Assembly: GCA_964016885.1 (NCBI GenBank)
Contig: OZ024741.1
Coordinates: 213,342,001 to 213,406,000 of the forward strand
DNA length: 64,000 nt
Direction of reading: 5' to 3'
Source of the DNA: Eledone cirrhosa
Taxonomy: Eukaryota
Part shown: positions 44,662-58,463 of the stretch, in pieces
How the letters are laid out: every line of letters begins with the position of its first letter
Position numbering within the stretch: the first letter of the stretch is position 1
Made by a program: the position numbers and the translations under genes
Notes under the pieces: generated by a model
What the model was told of the DNA's origin: nothing
Database searches by the model: none
The model's input: only the letters and a program-made list of their open reading frames with translations

Positions 44662-45135
44662 CCAGGTGATTATTATGTGTACGTATGTGTGTGTGCGTGC
44701 TACACATCTGTGTGTGTATGCGTGGTGTGTTAAGTAAACGAAAAGCAGTAAGATTAACGAAGATAATCTGTGTAAACGAGGGATTTGGATTGAAGCGCTA
44801 ATGATGTTTCCCAGAGGATTAAGCGTTCAAGACAATGTTTAGCCCCGAGTCTCTGTGTGCTGTTGGTAGAGAACTTATTTTTAGTCCCAACACTATTTAA
44901 ACACAGCTTCAATACTGTCAACGTTTGATCCGTCTATCAGAGTAATGTAAACATTGACTTTTGAAGAATGTTAACACCGGCGCCAGAACTCGTTAGCATG
45001 TCGATACAATAAGCGGAAGTATTCTTCTTTTAAGAGGATTACACACGCACACACACACACACACAAGTGCACGTATATATAAATACATATATATAAAAAT
45101 ACATATATAAAACTTCGGGAATTATTTATTGTTTG

Positions 45136-45197
<62 letters not shown>

Positions 45198-45277
45198 TAA
45201 TATATATATACATATATATAAATATACATATATATATATGTGTATATATATGTATACATATATATATATGTATATAC

Positions 45278-45341
<64 letters not shown>

Positions 45342-45487
45342 CGTAAAACAATTTCTCAGAGGTTAAGGTCGTAGAGGTCTTCGTAACGGCACTTAACATA
45401 AGAAGATAGAGGGGTATAAGCACAGGTGAATGTATATATATATATATATATATGTTTTATGTGTTACTATATATATATATATATATA

Positions 45488-45965
45488 TATTGTTATACTT
45501 TGGGAGGGTCATGTTGCCAATAAGAAACACACGCACCAGTTGCTTTCACTTCAATTTATTATAAATTTATTATATAAATAAATGAACATAAACACACACA
45601 GACACCCGGATGTGGCGCATGCGCAGACTGAGCACACAACACACACACAGAAACAAAATGGCGTAGGACAGAACAAAGGAGAGGCACAGAAACAAAGAAA
45701 GGAATCCCCAGTCACTGAAGAGGTCACAGAGTGTGTGACGAAAGAACTATGGCTATATATAAACAACTATCTGGTTGTGGAACCAACCAACCAACCAGAA
45801 ATTTATAAATTTGTAAATTTATAAATTTATAAATATATAATAAATTGAAGTGAAAGCAACTGGTGCGTGTGTTTCTTATTGGCAGCATGACCCTCCAAAG
45901 TATAACAATATCGGTTTCAACACACGATTTCAGATAAAGAATCTTGCTAAACAAATTCAGAAACG

Positions 45966-45968
<3 letters not shown>
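45488..45968 (+). mobile_element. Fold-back solo PLE1 terminal repeat with a family B HHR (45710-45754)
   Basis: aguca CUGAAGA g gucac..gugac GAAA gaac UA uggcu; inserted in (TA)n. Confidence 0.88.
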
Positions 45969-46027
<59 letters not shown>

Positions 46028-46100
46028 GTATATATATATATATGTGTATATATATATATGTATATATATATATGTATATATATATGTATATATATATATG

Positions 46101-46199
46101 TATGGTGTCCCCAAAAAATGTATACACACTTAACTGCATTCTAATAAATATTGACTGTACAATCAAAGTGTGTATACATTTTTTGGCTCACCCTCTATA
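46101..46199. mobile_element. ~100-bp Tc1/mariner-like MITE (inverted copy at 49383-49483)
   Basis: TIRs ggtg..ccaaaaaatgtatacacac at both ends, TA flanks. Confidence 0.65.
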
Positions 46200-46212
46200 T
46201 ACAAGCGCAGGC

Positions 46213-46295
<83 letters not shown>

Positions 46296-46432
46296 AAGTT
46301 ATATTTAAAATTGTTGGGTTACAACTAGTAAATATTTATAACTGATATAAAAGCACTCGACAAATATTTGGAGTATATTTTTTTTCTCTATATATATCTC
46401 TCTATATATCTCCCTTACATTAATACTTGAGC

Positions 46433-46467
<35 letters not shown>

Positions 46468-46940
46468 ATGTATCATTGATACACTTACTCAAAATGACCT
46501 CCCACTACCTAATTTTCTCTATATATATATATGTATCTATCTCTATTTCCTCTCTCTATATATATATGTATCTCTTTCTGTCTCTTTACATGAAGCTCTT
46601 CGCTTTATCTATTTTTCCATCTCTCTATTTTGTTCCATGCATTTCTTCTTTTCCTTTTTCTTCTTTTTCTTCCTTTTCTTCGTTTTGTCTTTCTTTCTTT
46701 CTTTTTTTTTTCCCTCTTTTCTTTCTCTCTTTCTTTCTCTCTGTATTTTCACTGCTAGCGTAAACCTCTTCAAATGAAGTTGATGTTTATTACGGTATGT
46801 CGAATATATTTATCTATAAAACTGTTTATATAGTATTTTGTCTGATGAAGGCATAGCATATTGTTAATATGATATCCCCGAAATATATATAATGAAATAA
46901 ATATGGTTTTATAAATATAGTTTTCCATTTATTTAATATT
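46296..46940 (+). mobile_element. Family E element with HHR at 46834-46899 and an inverted 5' piece
   Basis: uauuuugu CUGAUGA ag..cc GAAA uauaua UA augaaaua; 46830-46940 matches 59005-59115; 46296-46372 is the reverse complement of 59121-59200. Confidence 0.72.
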
Positions 46941-46970
46941 GTATATATATATATATATATATTATGCAAA

Positions 46971-47082
46971 GACGAAACACTCAGCAAATAAAGATTAATT
47001 GATGATGTAAGCGTATATATATGGAACAAAATCAAAGAGCGCTTACATCATCAATTAATCTTTATTTGCTGAGTGTTTCGTC
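46971..47082. repeat. 43-bp perfect inverted repeat in (TA)n
   Basis: 46971-47013 / 47040-47082. Confidence 0.9.
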
Positions 47083-47106
47083 CTTGAATAATATATATAT
47101 ATATAG

Positions 47107-49355
47107 TAAAAAGTATGACCCCGACGGCAGAGCTCCAGCCGTTTCGACGGCTATTTCTGGACTAAATTAGAATTTTTAGCCTGGTGAATAAATCGCTGAA
47201 CTTTTCAAGGGGGTACTTCCTTATATGGGAAGATTGTAGTTGTGAAGAGGATTGGTTAAAATTTGTTGTAAACACAAATAAGTCTATCATGGCATTTGGT
47301 GGGAGGTAGGGGTGGCTGAACTTGCCTGTAGAACAATAGGGGTGTGAGTGGTGCGGTCAAGCGTTGAAAGTGATATGTATACAGCAGATTCTAAGTGTAT
47401 GAAGTGGGAGAGGGAGGTTATAGAATAGGTAAATCGAATGAGAGTAGGAGACAATAAAAGATAATAGAAATAAATAAAAATATATATAAAATTAGATAGT
47501 GAGAAATGAATAAAAATAAATCACAATGCTATCTTACAATTACAGGTTAATAAGTTGAGAATAGAAAACACTTGTAGTAAAAACTTGTAGTACCAGAACT
47601 GATAGAGAATTAAAGGGGTTTAACACGTCTGCTATAAGTAGTTAGTAAAACGTATTATGCCTATTCTATCTTTAAATTAAAGGGGTGGGGGAACTGATGC
47701 TACAGAAGCCCAATGGGCTGCATCAGGGTAGGCGAAGAGGAAAAGCAGTGGAGGAAGAAAATAGGGGGTGGAAGGAAGTGATAGGATGAGATAGGGGGAG
47801 GAAGAAGACAAAGAGGAAAAGAAAAGGAAAGAGATACATCTACCTAAGTAAGCTGAGGTTTCCCATAACTTATTCCGCAAGTAGGGAGTCTCAGCCTTTG
47901 TCTACCCACCCGGGTCGTTATGGGGTTTGAGGGCGAGGTAAGTCCTACGCAATCTGTGTTTGCATGCGGTTACCAGTTCCTCTTTCTTGTTTAGGAGTTG
48001 GTCCTTCGAAAACAGCATTTGTAATGTTTCCTCCGAGCATAAGTTACACGGACGGCGTCCTCCCGTGTAAGAGTTAGCTTAGGACAGTAAGCTCCAAGTG
48101 AGATTGTAAGTTATATTATTATCTTGGAGGTCCCAGATGTGGCCCGAAAGTGTAGTGGCATATCGCCGGGCCGGCTTTCGGAAAGTATGTCGGTGTTGGT
48201 AGAGCCGGGTCTTGAAGTCACACGCGGTTAATCCTATATAAGCTTTGTTGGAGGTATCCGTCCTCACGTTGCACTGGTAGATGACGTTACGTTCTCGGCA
48301 TTTGTTGTTGAGGGGGCACGTAGATCTATCAGGGCAGTTAGACCTCCTGGTCGGCTCTCCACTGATGTCTAGGTTATTTCTTCCATAGAGGTTGAGTTTT
48401 TTGATGTTTGAGGAGACGACGTTTTGTGCGAAGTTAGGTGTGGCTCTGTAGGAGAGTTTGATGGTGTTTTTGTTGATTATGTTGTGGTAGCGGTGTTGTA
48501 GTGGGAAGTGTTTTTCGAGGAGTCTAAAGAAGATTTTTCCCGATAGGTGTTGCCATCCCGGCATTATGGGGAGGATTGAACCACGTTACGTTGCGTGAGC
48601 GGCGGTGTCGCCTGCTGGTTACGCTAAGGGAAGCTGGATACAAGGATATTTCCTCCCGGAAGCCACTCCGATTGAGGGCCTGGTTGTAATGTGGCGCGTG
48701 TTCGTCGAATATCTGCTCATTAGCGGACAAACGAGATATGCGGAGGGAGATGTTTTTAACCAGGTTATTGGTGATGTTTCTAGGATGGTTAGAGCGGCGG
48801 TGGATGGAGTGAAGGTTGTCGTTTGGTTTCCTGTATGGGTAGTACAGATCATTTTCGAGGTTACGGGTAACGTCCAGGAAATTTACTCGGGTTAGGGACG
48901 TTTGTAGGGTGATTTTATATCCCCAGTCCCGGAAGAAGTTGATTAGTTGTTTACGGACCCGGTCTGTACTACTGAGGTTGTACCCTTTGAGGGTGGGGAG
49001 CAGATCATCCCAGTACAATCCACCGCCGAATGCAGGAAATATTTCGGTGAGTTTAAATAGTAGGAATAATCCTATAAGATCAGTGACCTCGGCCGAATCC
49101 GTCGCGCCCATACTGACGTCGAAGGGGGAGTCGGGAGCTCTCTTTATCCACTTAGAGTTGTCGAAAAGTAGGACTGTCTTCCTGGCGTGGAGAATGACAT
49201 TTCTTTCCTGCTCAGTGATGGGTGTGAGTGTTTCGGCAAATTCCAAGGCGGCCGTCGGGGTCATACTTTTTCCCATTTCCCACTCTACTGCCCTAAGTAT
49301 TGAGTACTCTGGTGCGTTATGGTCCATCTGGTTCCTTACCACAATTCCTTTGTTA
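47107..49355 (-). mobile_element. 5'-truncated Penelope-like element PLE2 with an inverted terminal repeat at its 5' end
   Basis: FDVSMGATDSAEV, GLYWDDL, VNFLDV, SNHP, WFNPP, NVIY..YIG..R..H, CNLC, CKHR; gccgtcggggtcatactttt at 49250 is inverted at 47110-47130. Confidence 0.92.
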
Positions 49356-49482
49356 TATATATATATTCGCCTGCGCTTGTATATAGAGGGTGAACCAAAA
49401 AATGTATACACACATTGATTACTTGTACAGGCTATATTTATTAGAATGCAGTTGAAGTGTGTATACATTTTTGGGGGACACC

Positions 49483-49565
<83 letters not shown>

Positions 49566-49572
<7 letters not shown>

Positions 49573-50792
49573 AATTTATATCTAGTAACATTTATATACA
49601 CAGATGCATATCAATGCTAGCAAATATATAGGTTTTATCTTATTAACATTGTGGTTCAATGCATGGGGTTGCAGAACAATAATATGAGAGACGTAAAATA
49701 AGAAAATTATAAATTTAACTTACTTACTAAAAAATCACTTCCAACTAATTAGTTTCTTGTATGGAGTAAATATATTTTCCGAAGAAACATATAGAAAATC
49801 ATTCCGTCATCAGGAAAGTCTTTTTCCGTGTAAGTCTCCAGGCATAGCGAGGACTCTGGAAACTTATTAAAAAGATAATTCAGTGGAAAGGAAATAGCGA
49901 AGCGAGGACTGGATTCCTAGCCATTGAGAAAGTCACTGCCTCTTCGTCTGTGGCAAATTCAAAAAGAATCAATCACGTGACATCGAGGTCAATCAGTGGA
50001 AAGCGAATGGTTAATAAGACAGCGGCCAGCCTACTACCATAGTAGCAGTCATGGCCAAATATTGCTCGACAAATGAATTGGAGATAATTATAAGGAATTT
50101 ATATCTAGTAACATTTATATACACACAGATGCATATCAATGCTAGCAAATATATAGGTTTTGTCTTATTAACATTGTGGTTCAATGCATGGGGTTGCAGA
50201 ACAATAATATGAGAGACGTAAAATAAGAAAATTATAAAATTAACTTACTTACTAAAAAATCACTTCCAACTAATTAGTTTCTGGAATGGAGTAAATATAT
50301 TTTCCGAAGAAACATATGGAAAATCATTCCGTCATCAGGAAAGTCTTTTTACGTGTAAGTCTCCAGGCATAGCGAGGACTCTGGAAACTTATTAAAAAAA
50401 TAATTCAGTGGAAAGGAAATAGCGAAGCGAGGACTGGATTCCTAGCCATTGAGAAAGTCCGCTGTCTTATTAACCATTCGCTTTCCACTGATTGACCTCG
50501 ATGTCACGTGATTGATTCTTTTTGAATTTGCCACAGACGAAGAGGCAGTGACTTTCTCAATGGCTAGGAATCCAGTCCTCGCTTCGCTATTTCCTTTCCA
50601 CTGAATTATTTTTTTAATAAGTTTCCAGAGTCCTCGCTATGCCTGGAGACTTACGCGGAAAAAGACTTTCCTGATAACGGAATGATTTTCTGTATGTTTC
50701 CTCCGAAAATATATTTACTCCATTCCAGAAACTAATTAGTTGGAAGTGATTTTTTAGTAAGTAAGTTAAATTTATAATTTTCTTATTTTACG

Positions 50793-50800
<8 letters not shown>
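49566..50800. repeat. Family C 525-bp HHR repeat: 1.7 direct units (-) plus an inverted partial unit
   Basis: 49566-49935 matches 50089-50459; 50460-50800 is the reverse complement of 49683-50023; HHRs at 49737-49819 (-), 50262-50344 (-) and 50665-50747 (+, CUGAUAA). Confidence 0.88.
50262..50344 (-). ncRNA. Type I hammerhead (family C), intact
   Basis: acuuuc CUGAUGA c ggaaug..cauucc a GAAA cuaauuag UU ggaagu. Confidence 0.82.
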
Positions 50801-50872
<72 letters not shown>

Positions 50873-50875
<3 letters not shown>

Positions 50876-50989
50876 TTGAAAAAAATGAAAACGAAATTTC
50901 ATTTCTCACTCTTAGTATGGCACTTACTTAAACGTAAGTATGTATGTATACGTACATATACATATGTATACAGACGTACAGTAGCACGC

Positions 50990-51066
<77 letters not shown>

Positions 51067-51933
51067 TACACATATGCATACAGGTACACATACATATATG
51101 CACGCATCAGTTTAGCCAACGTTTATTATAACGCCGGCCGCTTTGTTCGTTTGTTTGTCAACAAAGCGAACAGCCTGAATTTATGCCATACGGTGTTAAG
51201 GCAACCACGTCACCTTTTTGTTCAACACTGACACAGGAACGATGTACTAGTTTCAAGCTTGTTAGCTATCATCAGCACCGTTTACCCATTTGCATATTGA
51301 GTGAGTTAAATCGGTCAGGCATACCGAAAACGATAAGTTGAAAAAAATGAAAACGAAATTTCATTTCTCACTCTTAGTATGACACTTACTTAAACGTAAG
51401 TATGTATGTATACGTACATACACATATGTATACAGACGTACAGTAGCACGCATATATATATACATATATATATACATATATACACATATGCATACAGGTA
51501 CACATACATATATGCACGCATCAGTTTAGCCGACGTTTATTATAACGCCGGCCGCTTTGTTCGTTTGTTTGTCAACAAAGCGAACATCCTGAATTTATGC
51601 CATACGGTGTTAAGGCAACCACGTCACCTTTTTGTTCAACACTGACACAGGAACGATGTACTAGTTTCAAGCTTGTTAGCTATCATCATCACCGTTTACC
51701 CATCTGCCAGATAGTTGAACGTTCGAAAGTATATACTTTCCTTATGAAAATTAACGGCTGAGCAGCCTAATTTGCATATTGAGTGAGTTAAATCGGTCAG
51801 GCATACCGAAAACGATAAGTTGAAAAAAATGAAAACGAAATTTCATTTCTCACTCTTAGTATGGCACTTACTTAAACGTAAGTATGTATGTATACGTACA
51901 TACACATATGTATACAGACGTACAGTAGCACGC

Positions 51934-51968
<35 letters not shown>

Positions 51969-52392
51969 CATATATACACATATGCATACAGGTACACATA
52001 CATATATGCACGTATCAGTTTAGCCGACGTTTTTTTTCAACTCATCGTTTTCGGTATGCCTGACCGATTTAACTCACTCAATATGCAAATTAGGCTGCTC
52101 AGCCGTTAATTTTCATATGGAAAGTATATACTTACGAACGTTCAACTATCTGGCAGATGGGTAAACGGTGCTGATGATAGCTAACAAGCTTGAAACTAGT
52201 ACATCGTTCCTGTGTCAGTGTTGAACAAAAAGGTGACGTGGTTGCCTTAACACCGTATGGCATAAATTCAGGCTGTTCGCTTTGTTGACAAACAAACGAA
52301 CAAAGCGGCCGGCGTTATAATAAACGTCGGCTAAACTGATGCGTGCATATATGTATGTGTACCTGTATGCATATGTGTATATATGTATATAT

Positions 52393-52424
<32 letters not shown>

Positions 52425-52488
52425 GTATATATATATGCGTGCTACTGTACGTCTGTATACATATGTGTATGTACGTATACATACATAC
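50873..52488. repeat. Family A array: about 2.5 units (-) then 1 inverted unit (+); HHRs at 51239-51281, 51653-51695 (AUGAUGA) and 52165-52207
   Basis: Homology to the other arrays; strand switch at about 52030. Confidence 0.92.
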
Positions 52489-52489
52489 C

Positions 52490-52565
<76 letters not shown>

Positions 52566-52793
52566 ATGGAATACTGTTAGCCTCTCGGCACAAAAATTTC
52601 TATACTTTTCATTTATATATATATATATATAAATCAGGAAAGAACATAGGAATTACAGCGTACTCGCAGCATCACTATGAAAACGCCTTGTTGAGTCAAA
52701 CTTAGCCAAGCGTTGATATCATCCACTACCCGGAATACCATAACTGGACTACACCTAAGTGGACTGCATATAACTATTATTTGTTACCCCGTT

Positions 52794-52855
<62 letters not shown>

Positions 52856-53135
52856 GATTGATTTAGAGGGGTTATCGTGAGGTTACTTACAATATGCTGG
52901 TAGATGTGCCTAACTAGTTCAAATAAGGATATATTGAAATATATTCTACACTTAGTTATTGTGTTTTGGTGTAGAGATCTTATACCTCACATTCCATGAA
53001 GTATATATTCGGGCTAAGAAAGATTCTCAGCGTTTCTTTACCGTGTATCTAATTAAAAACATTGTCATGTTTGTAAAATATATTTAGAAAATAATCGTGA
53101 ACAAGTTTGTTCCATACAATCAACTAAAAAGTAAC

Positions 53136-53205
<70 letters not shown>

Positions 53206-53394
53206 TGAATGTGTGTGTGGGGGTTAAATTGGGGGTAACCACAGTAAGTAAGGTACTCAATACATAGCAGAGTATAAATATTTAATATAGAAATGGCTTC
53301 TACAGGACTAGAACAGTTCATTTGAAGGAAATCATCAGCAAAGCCGACTGTATAGTAAGTATAGTTTTTTTCAAAGAATCCACATTCTTTAAAC

Positions 53395-54273
53395 CAAAGG
53401 TTCTCAACCCATTTCGGCCAAACGCCCCCGTTTGCCTCTCAAAATCACAAAACGCCCCTACCCTATTTTTCCATTTTTTCAATATACTACTGATTTTAAC
53501 ATCAGTAGATTACTGGGCCAAATCAAGTTATGTTAGCATTTTAAAAAAGATCTTTAAAAAATACTCGTACGAATTAAATACAAAAAAGTATCAGTCCAAA
53601 ACAAAAGCAAGCTATTTCAAATTATATATTTAAAAAAAAGACGTGAATGTTCTCAAAGATTTGATCTCAGTCGAGAAAACTTTTTTTTTTAAATTCTATA
53701 TTTCACTGTTAGCTGTTGCAATATTTTGAGTGGATAGACAATTCTACAATTCAAATTGTAAAGTCAAAATAGTACCTTGCCAAATAAAGTGCCTCGATCA
53801 CAAACTAAGTTGCAACGAATGAATTGAAATGCTTGGTGACAGTGAACAAACATACGTACGTATGCATCTGTGTGTATGATTGTATGTATGTATATGTATA
53901 CAGCCACACCTTTCATCACCATTGCTTCTTTTTCTTGTCGTTTCCGTTGTTCTTATAACTGTTGTCAAAGTTGAAGTTGTCCTTATTTTCCTTTTCTTTG
54001 ATTTCTTTCGTTTTTCATTTATCTCCCTGGAGAATTCGTTGACAAGCTTCTATTATTTCTTCATTTTCTTCATTCAAATGCATTCACACTGCCTGTCTCA
54101 GAGACGTACAAATATGGCTTATAAAACCTAAGTAAATAGCCTTCCAGTGACCCCCTAGCGCCCTCAAAGTTTCAAACGCCCTCCAAACACCCCCTTGCTC
54201 CAAAACGCCACCTTGGAGCTCCGAAAATCCCCCCCCCCCCCGGGGAGCATATGCTCCCCTTTGAGAACCTTTG
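53395..54273. mobile_element. Non-autonomous hAT (Charlie-like) element
   Basis: TIRs caaaggttctcaa / ttgagaacctttg; flanks ctttaaac / gtttaaat match 6 of 8. Confidence 0.78.
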
Positions 54274-54440
54274 GTTTAAATCCATCAGCGTATGACGTCC
54301 ACCCATCCCAACCACCACCTTCCCCTACCACCAGAAAATGTATGAATACCACCATATTACATTGACAGTGGGCTTTCCTGGTGATTTCCTTCGAATTAAA
54401 CAGTTCTAGTCCCGTAGAAGCCATTTATATATATACAAAT

Positions 54441-54491
54441 AGTTTCTGAAGATCCCGTTAACGGCGAAAGCAGCGTTTCTGTGCTGAAACT
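54441..54491 (+). ncRNA. HHR-like motif (family J) with a non-cleavable-type UG site
   Basis: aguuu CUGAAGA uc ccg-uuaa-cgg c GAAA gca..ugc UG aaacu. Confidence 0.6.
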
Positions 54492-54502
54492 TTAATCTGT
54501 TC

Positions 54503-54609
<107 letters not shown>

Positions 54610-54671
54610 AAAAAAGATGAAATCGAAAATGAAACTGGAGTCTTTTTTTTTTAAATATACTTATTTGATTC

Positions 54672-54769
54672 CTTTACCGGTTTCGCAGTTCTTGTGCTTT
54701 TCAGAAGTAGAATTGAGATGGAGGGTTTGTGGTTTTTCACACCACAAACCCTCCATCTCAATTCTACTT
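54672..54769 (-). ncRNA. Degenerate HHR (family K, 54672-54707) joined to a 29-bp hairpin
   Basis: cuu CUGAAAA gca-caagaac-ugc GAAA ccgg UA aag; inverted repeat 54705-54733 / 54741-54769. Confidence 0.55.
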
Positions 54770-55189
54770 GTTTTATTCCATTTGTATTCCCATTTCAGGG
54801 TCAACTTCCTTTCAAACTATTTTCCCATTATGCACCCCTCTGGCTGTATTACATTATAGATAAGTAAGTAAGCAAGCAATCACAGAGTTTTAGTAGTATA
54901 TAGATAGATGAACACTTTCATCCCGTCTGCCTTGTATACAAGAGGCCCCGCAGTTTCATATGGTTTGGCATCAGAAGTGTTAATATGTTTTGCCTAGTTT
55001 AGCTGATGCTTTTTATAGATGCCTTTTGTTTACAATAGCGCCGTAAGTTATGGAATTATGGAAGTCCAACAGGTCAATCAACGGTTTACCGCATATGTGT
55101 ACAATAAACAGAATAAATAAATGTTGTTATATACAAATGCAATCATTTATCGTTTATTTAACTTTTTCTGCTTATGTGTATATCACAAA

Positions 55190-56275
55190 GCTGGTGAATT
55201 GACGGAGATGATAGAACGTCGCATAGAATGTTTAGTCTATATGTTTCGTCCTTAGGACACAGTGCACAAACCACGCCGAGGTTAACTTTCCCTTTCATCC
55301 TTCTGAAGTCGATACAAAGGTACCAATGATACATTGATGTCGATATAAGCGATTTTCCTTTCTCCAAAATTGCTGGTCTTGTTCCAAAAATAGGGGATTT
55401 AGCTGTAATGTAGTGCATCTGCCCAAATACTTTGCGCTCTTTAGTTACGACTTACCTTTTGAGTTCAAATCCTACTGTTGTCAACTTTTTTTTCCTTCCG
55501 AATTCGTTAAAATAAAGTACCAGTTAAGTATTGAGGGCGATAGTACCGACTTTCCCATTCCTCCAAATTGCTTGTATTGTGTCGATGTTTAGAAACTAGT
55601 TTTATTGTCATTTGGCAGTATTGGTAGAGCGTCGTACACCATGTTTTGTGGCATAGAGCTACGTCCCTTTACGTTCTGGGTTCAAACCATGCCGAAGTTA
55701 GCCTTGTATTTTATCCTTACGAGGTTGTTTCCTTGCGTTATTTGACAGCAGTGTTAGAGTATTGGGACTAAATGTCTTGCAATATTGCAGCTCTTTACCT
55801 TCTGAGTTCAAATCCCGCTGATGCTAGTTTTGCCTTTCCTCTTTATTCCTCTAATCTATTCTATCTAAAAAGAACCAGGGTCGCCCCTAGGAGCATTGGA
55901 TTTGGTGTACTTCATATTTTTGTTTCGGTTGCTGAATACAATCAGGAGTCGCTGCTTCTCCTGAAGGTCAATAGTTCTCTTCTAACTCAAGCGGGATTTT
56001 TTTTTTCTTGTAGATGGCTGTTGACTCTTATGAGGTTTTGTTTTTTATCCTGCAGGGTATCCAAAATTACCCTCCTCACCAAGTAAGCTTGGTGGAGTTT
56101 CCGGTTTAATCGCCGACGACCCGACCATGCGACAGGTACTGGGTTACACGCCACCAGTAGCACTCAAGAGTGACCTGACAGTTAACAAAATAAAGTACGA
56201 GTAATACACTGGGGTTGATTTAATCGACTTTTCTCTCCCCCAGAATTGTTGGTCTTGTGTCTAGATCAGAAACCA
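55190..56275 (+). mobile_element. Cluster of about 4 old SINEs interrupted by a dispersed repeat
   Basis: Degenerate B boxes and cores. Confidence 0.7.
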
Positions 56276-57112
56276 TTAGATAGAATTACAAATTAGTGTA
56301 TCTAGCACTATATCGTCTACAGTTTAACGAACGAATATGAAATATCCTTGCTCACAATTTGATAAATAGTTGAAGATAGCAACAAATGACAGAAGCAATG
56401 TTGTAACATTTAATGAGCTGCAATTCTCATGACATATTACACCCCCCCCCCCCGCTCACACCACCACCATAAAAAAAATATATATTAATAACACAAGGCG
56501 AGGTTACTAAAGTGCGACCGTGCTGTTGTCGTAGTGAAAAATACATATATTTTATCAAATTTGTCCTGGCGGCTAAATTCAGTTGTTTAAGTTTATTGGT
56601 AAAACACTACACGCTATTAAATGAATATAGTGAGGTATAGGTGGTTAGGGAAGTAGGCAGAATAATAATTAATTCCAAAAATATCTGGTAATTAATTATC
56701 AATAAATAAATATCTGTCTTGAATCAAGTGATTTATATATATTTTTTATCATTTCTAAGTATGTTGTATTTATGGCTATCAGATTTAGTTGTTCACTAGA
56801 CTGTAGTACAGATCTCCTCTCATCATTTATAGTATTCATATATTCATATTTTCTGCGAGATTATATCTAGTTTATTTATTTCTGAAATATAGAAGGAAGA
56901 TATAGTCTTTTTTGCTTGTTTCAGTCAATGGTCTTCGGCCATGCTGTGACACAATCTTGGTTTAGTCGATCATATTGAGACCAGTACTTAATGTTTCAAC
57001 CCTGGTTCTTATTTTAACGATCGTTTTTTTACGAATCGGTAAGATATGGGATATAAACGCACACCCAAAGGTAAACACTGGCAAACATACACACCTACAC
57101 GCATAGGCACAT

Positions 57113-57187
<75 letters not shown>

Positions 57188-57361
57188 GGTGTGGGATGCT
57201 TAAAGCGTCCGTAAGTGGTAGGCCGTTTGAGCACTCGATGCTGTTACAGAGCAGAGTATGATATCGCATAAGATTATCGGTTCCTTATGTGATATATAAA
57301 TATATATATATATATATATAAGAGAGTATTGAAGTTTGCTTGAAGCATTGTGGAATAATAA

Positions 57362-57872
57362 GATATATTTTCTTTAGGCTGTTTTGGAAGCCTCAACAAT
57401 GCAGTGTAACAAGATCCGGTGGTGAAGAGAGAGATGTAAGTGAATGTAGAATGAGATGTATAGTGTGTAGAAGAATGTAGGAAAGAGCGTAAAAAATAAA
57501 AATAATAACACGAGATAGAGTTATCTTGGGAGAGATTTAATTGTCCCTATATTTCGCATTCACATCCATCAACTGAAAAACAACGAACAGCGGAGGACAC
57601 GTGTCGCTCCGATCCGACAGAAAAGCCCCGCCCCCGGAAAACCCCCCAGTTGATGGATGTGAATCCGAAATATAGGGACAATTAAATCTCTCCCAAGGTA
57701 ACTCTATCTCGTGTTATTATTTTTATTTTTTACGCTCTTTCCTATGTTCTACACACTATACATCTCATTCTACATTCACTTACATCTCTCTCTTCACCAC
57801 CGGATCTTGTTACCCCGAGAATTACCCATCTGCATTGTTGAGGCTTCTAAAACGATTTAAAGAAAATATATC
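57362..57872. repeat. ~215-bp-arm fold-back element with a variant HHR-like motif (family G, 57644-57677)
   Basis: 57362-57575 is the reverse complement of 57647-57872; ccc CAGUUGA u ggau-guga-aucc GAAA ua UA ggg. Confidence 0.8.
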
Positions 57873-58184
57873 ATATATATATATATATATATATACAGGG
57901 TCTCCTTAAATAGTTTATTGATAGCATTGTTGTAATAATTGTTGTTGTTATTGTTCTAATTGAATGCCATAACTACTCCATATTTTCTTTTATTTTCTTG
58001 CCTGTGTATTTTCTTCATTCTCGCATGCTCCGAAGATCTGACTGGTTGTAATTCTGTATTGGCGATCGAGTGACGCAAAATTAGGCGGATAGCGATCTCT
58101 AGACATACCAGCTCAGTGAAACAAATGTAAGCTATGTGATTAAAAACTTTTTTGTATAGCAAACCATGTAAACCTTCTTTCCTG

Positions 58185-58252
<68 letters not shown>

Positions 58253-58255
<3 letters not shown>

Positions 58256-58428
58256 AAAAGAGTCACAACTCCGACGGCAGAGCTATTTCTGGACTGAAAT
58301 AGCTGTCGAAACGGCTTGAGCTCTGCCGTGGGGGTTCTCACTCTTTTCCTATTACCCACTCTACTACCCATAGTATCGAGTACGCTGGTGCGTAATGGTC
58401 CACCTGGTTCCTTACCATACTTCTTTCG

Positions 58429-58431
<3 letters not shown>
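58253..58431 (+). mobile_element. Solo fold-back PLE2-type terminal repeat in (TA)n
   Basis: Homologous to 43599-43763 and 49250-49353. Confidence 0.8.

Positions 58432-58463
<32 letters not shown>

Noticed and set aside
49262-49591. N-terminal part of the 355-aa ORF 48524-49591
   Set aside because: Reads through TA repeat, MITE and inverted terminal repeat; only the part below about 49250 is RT
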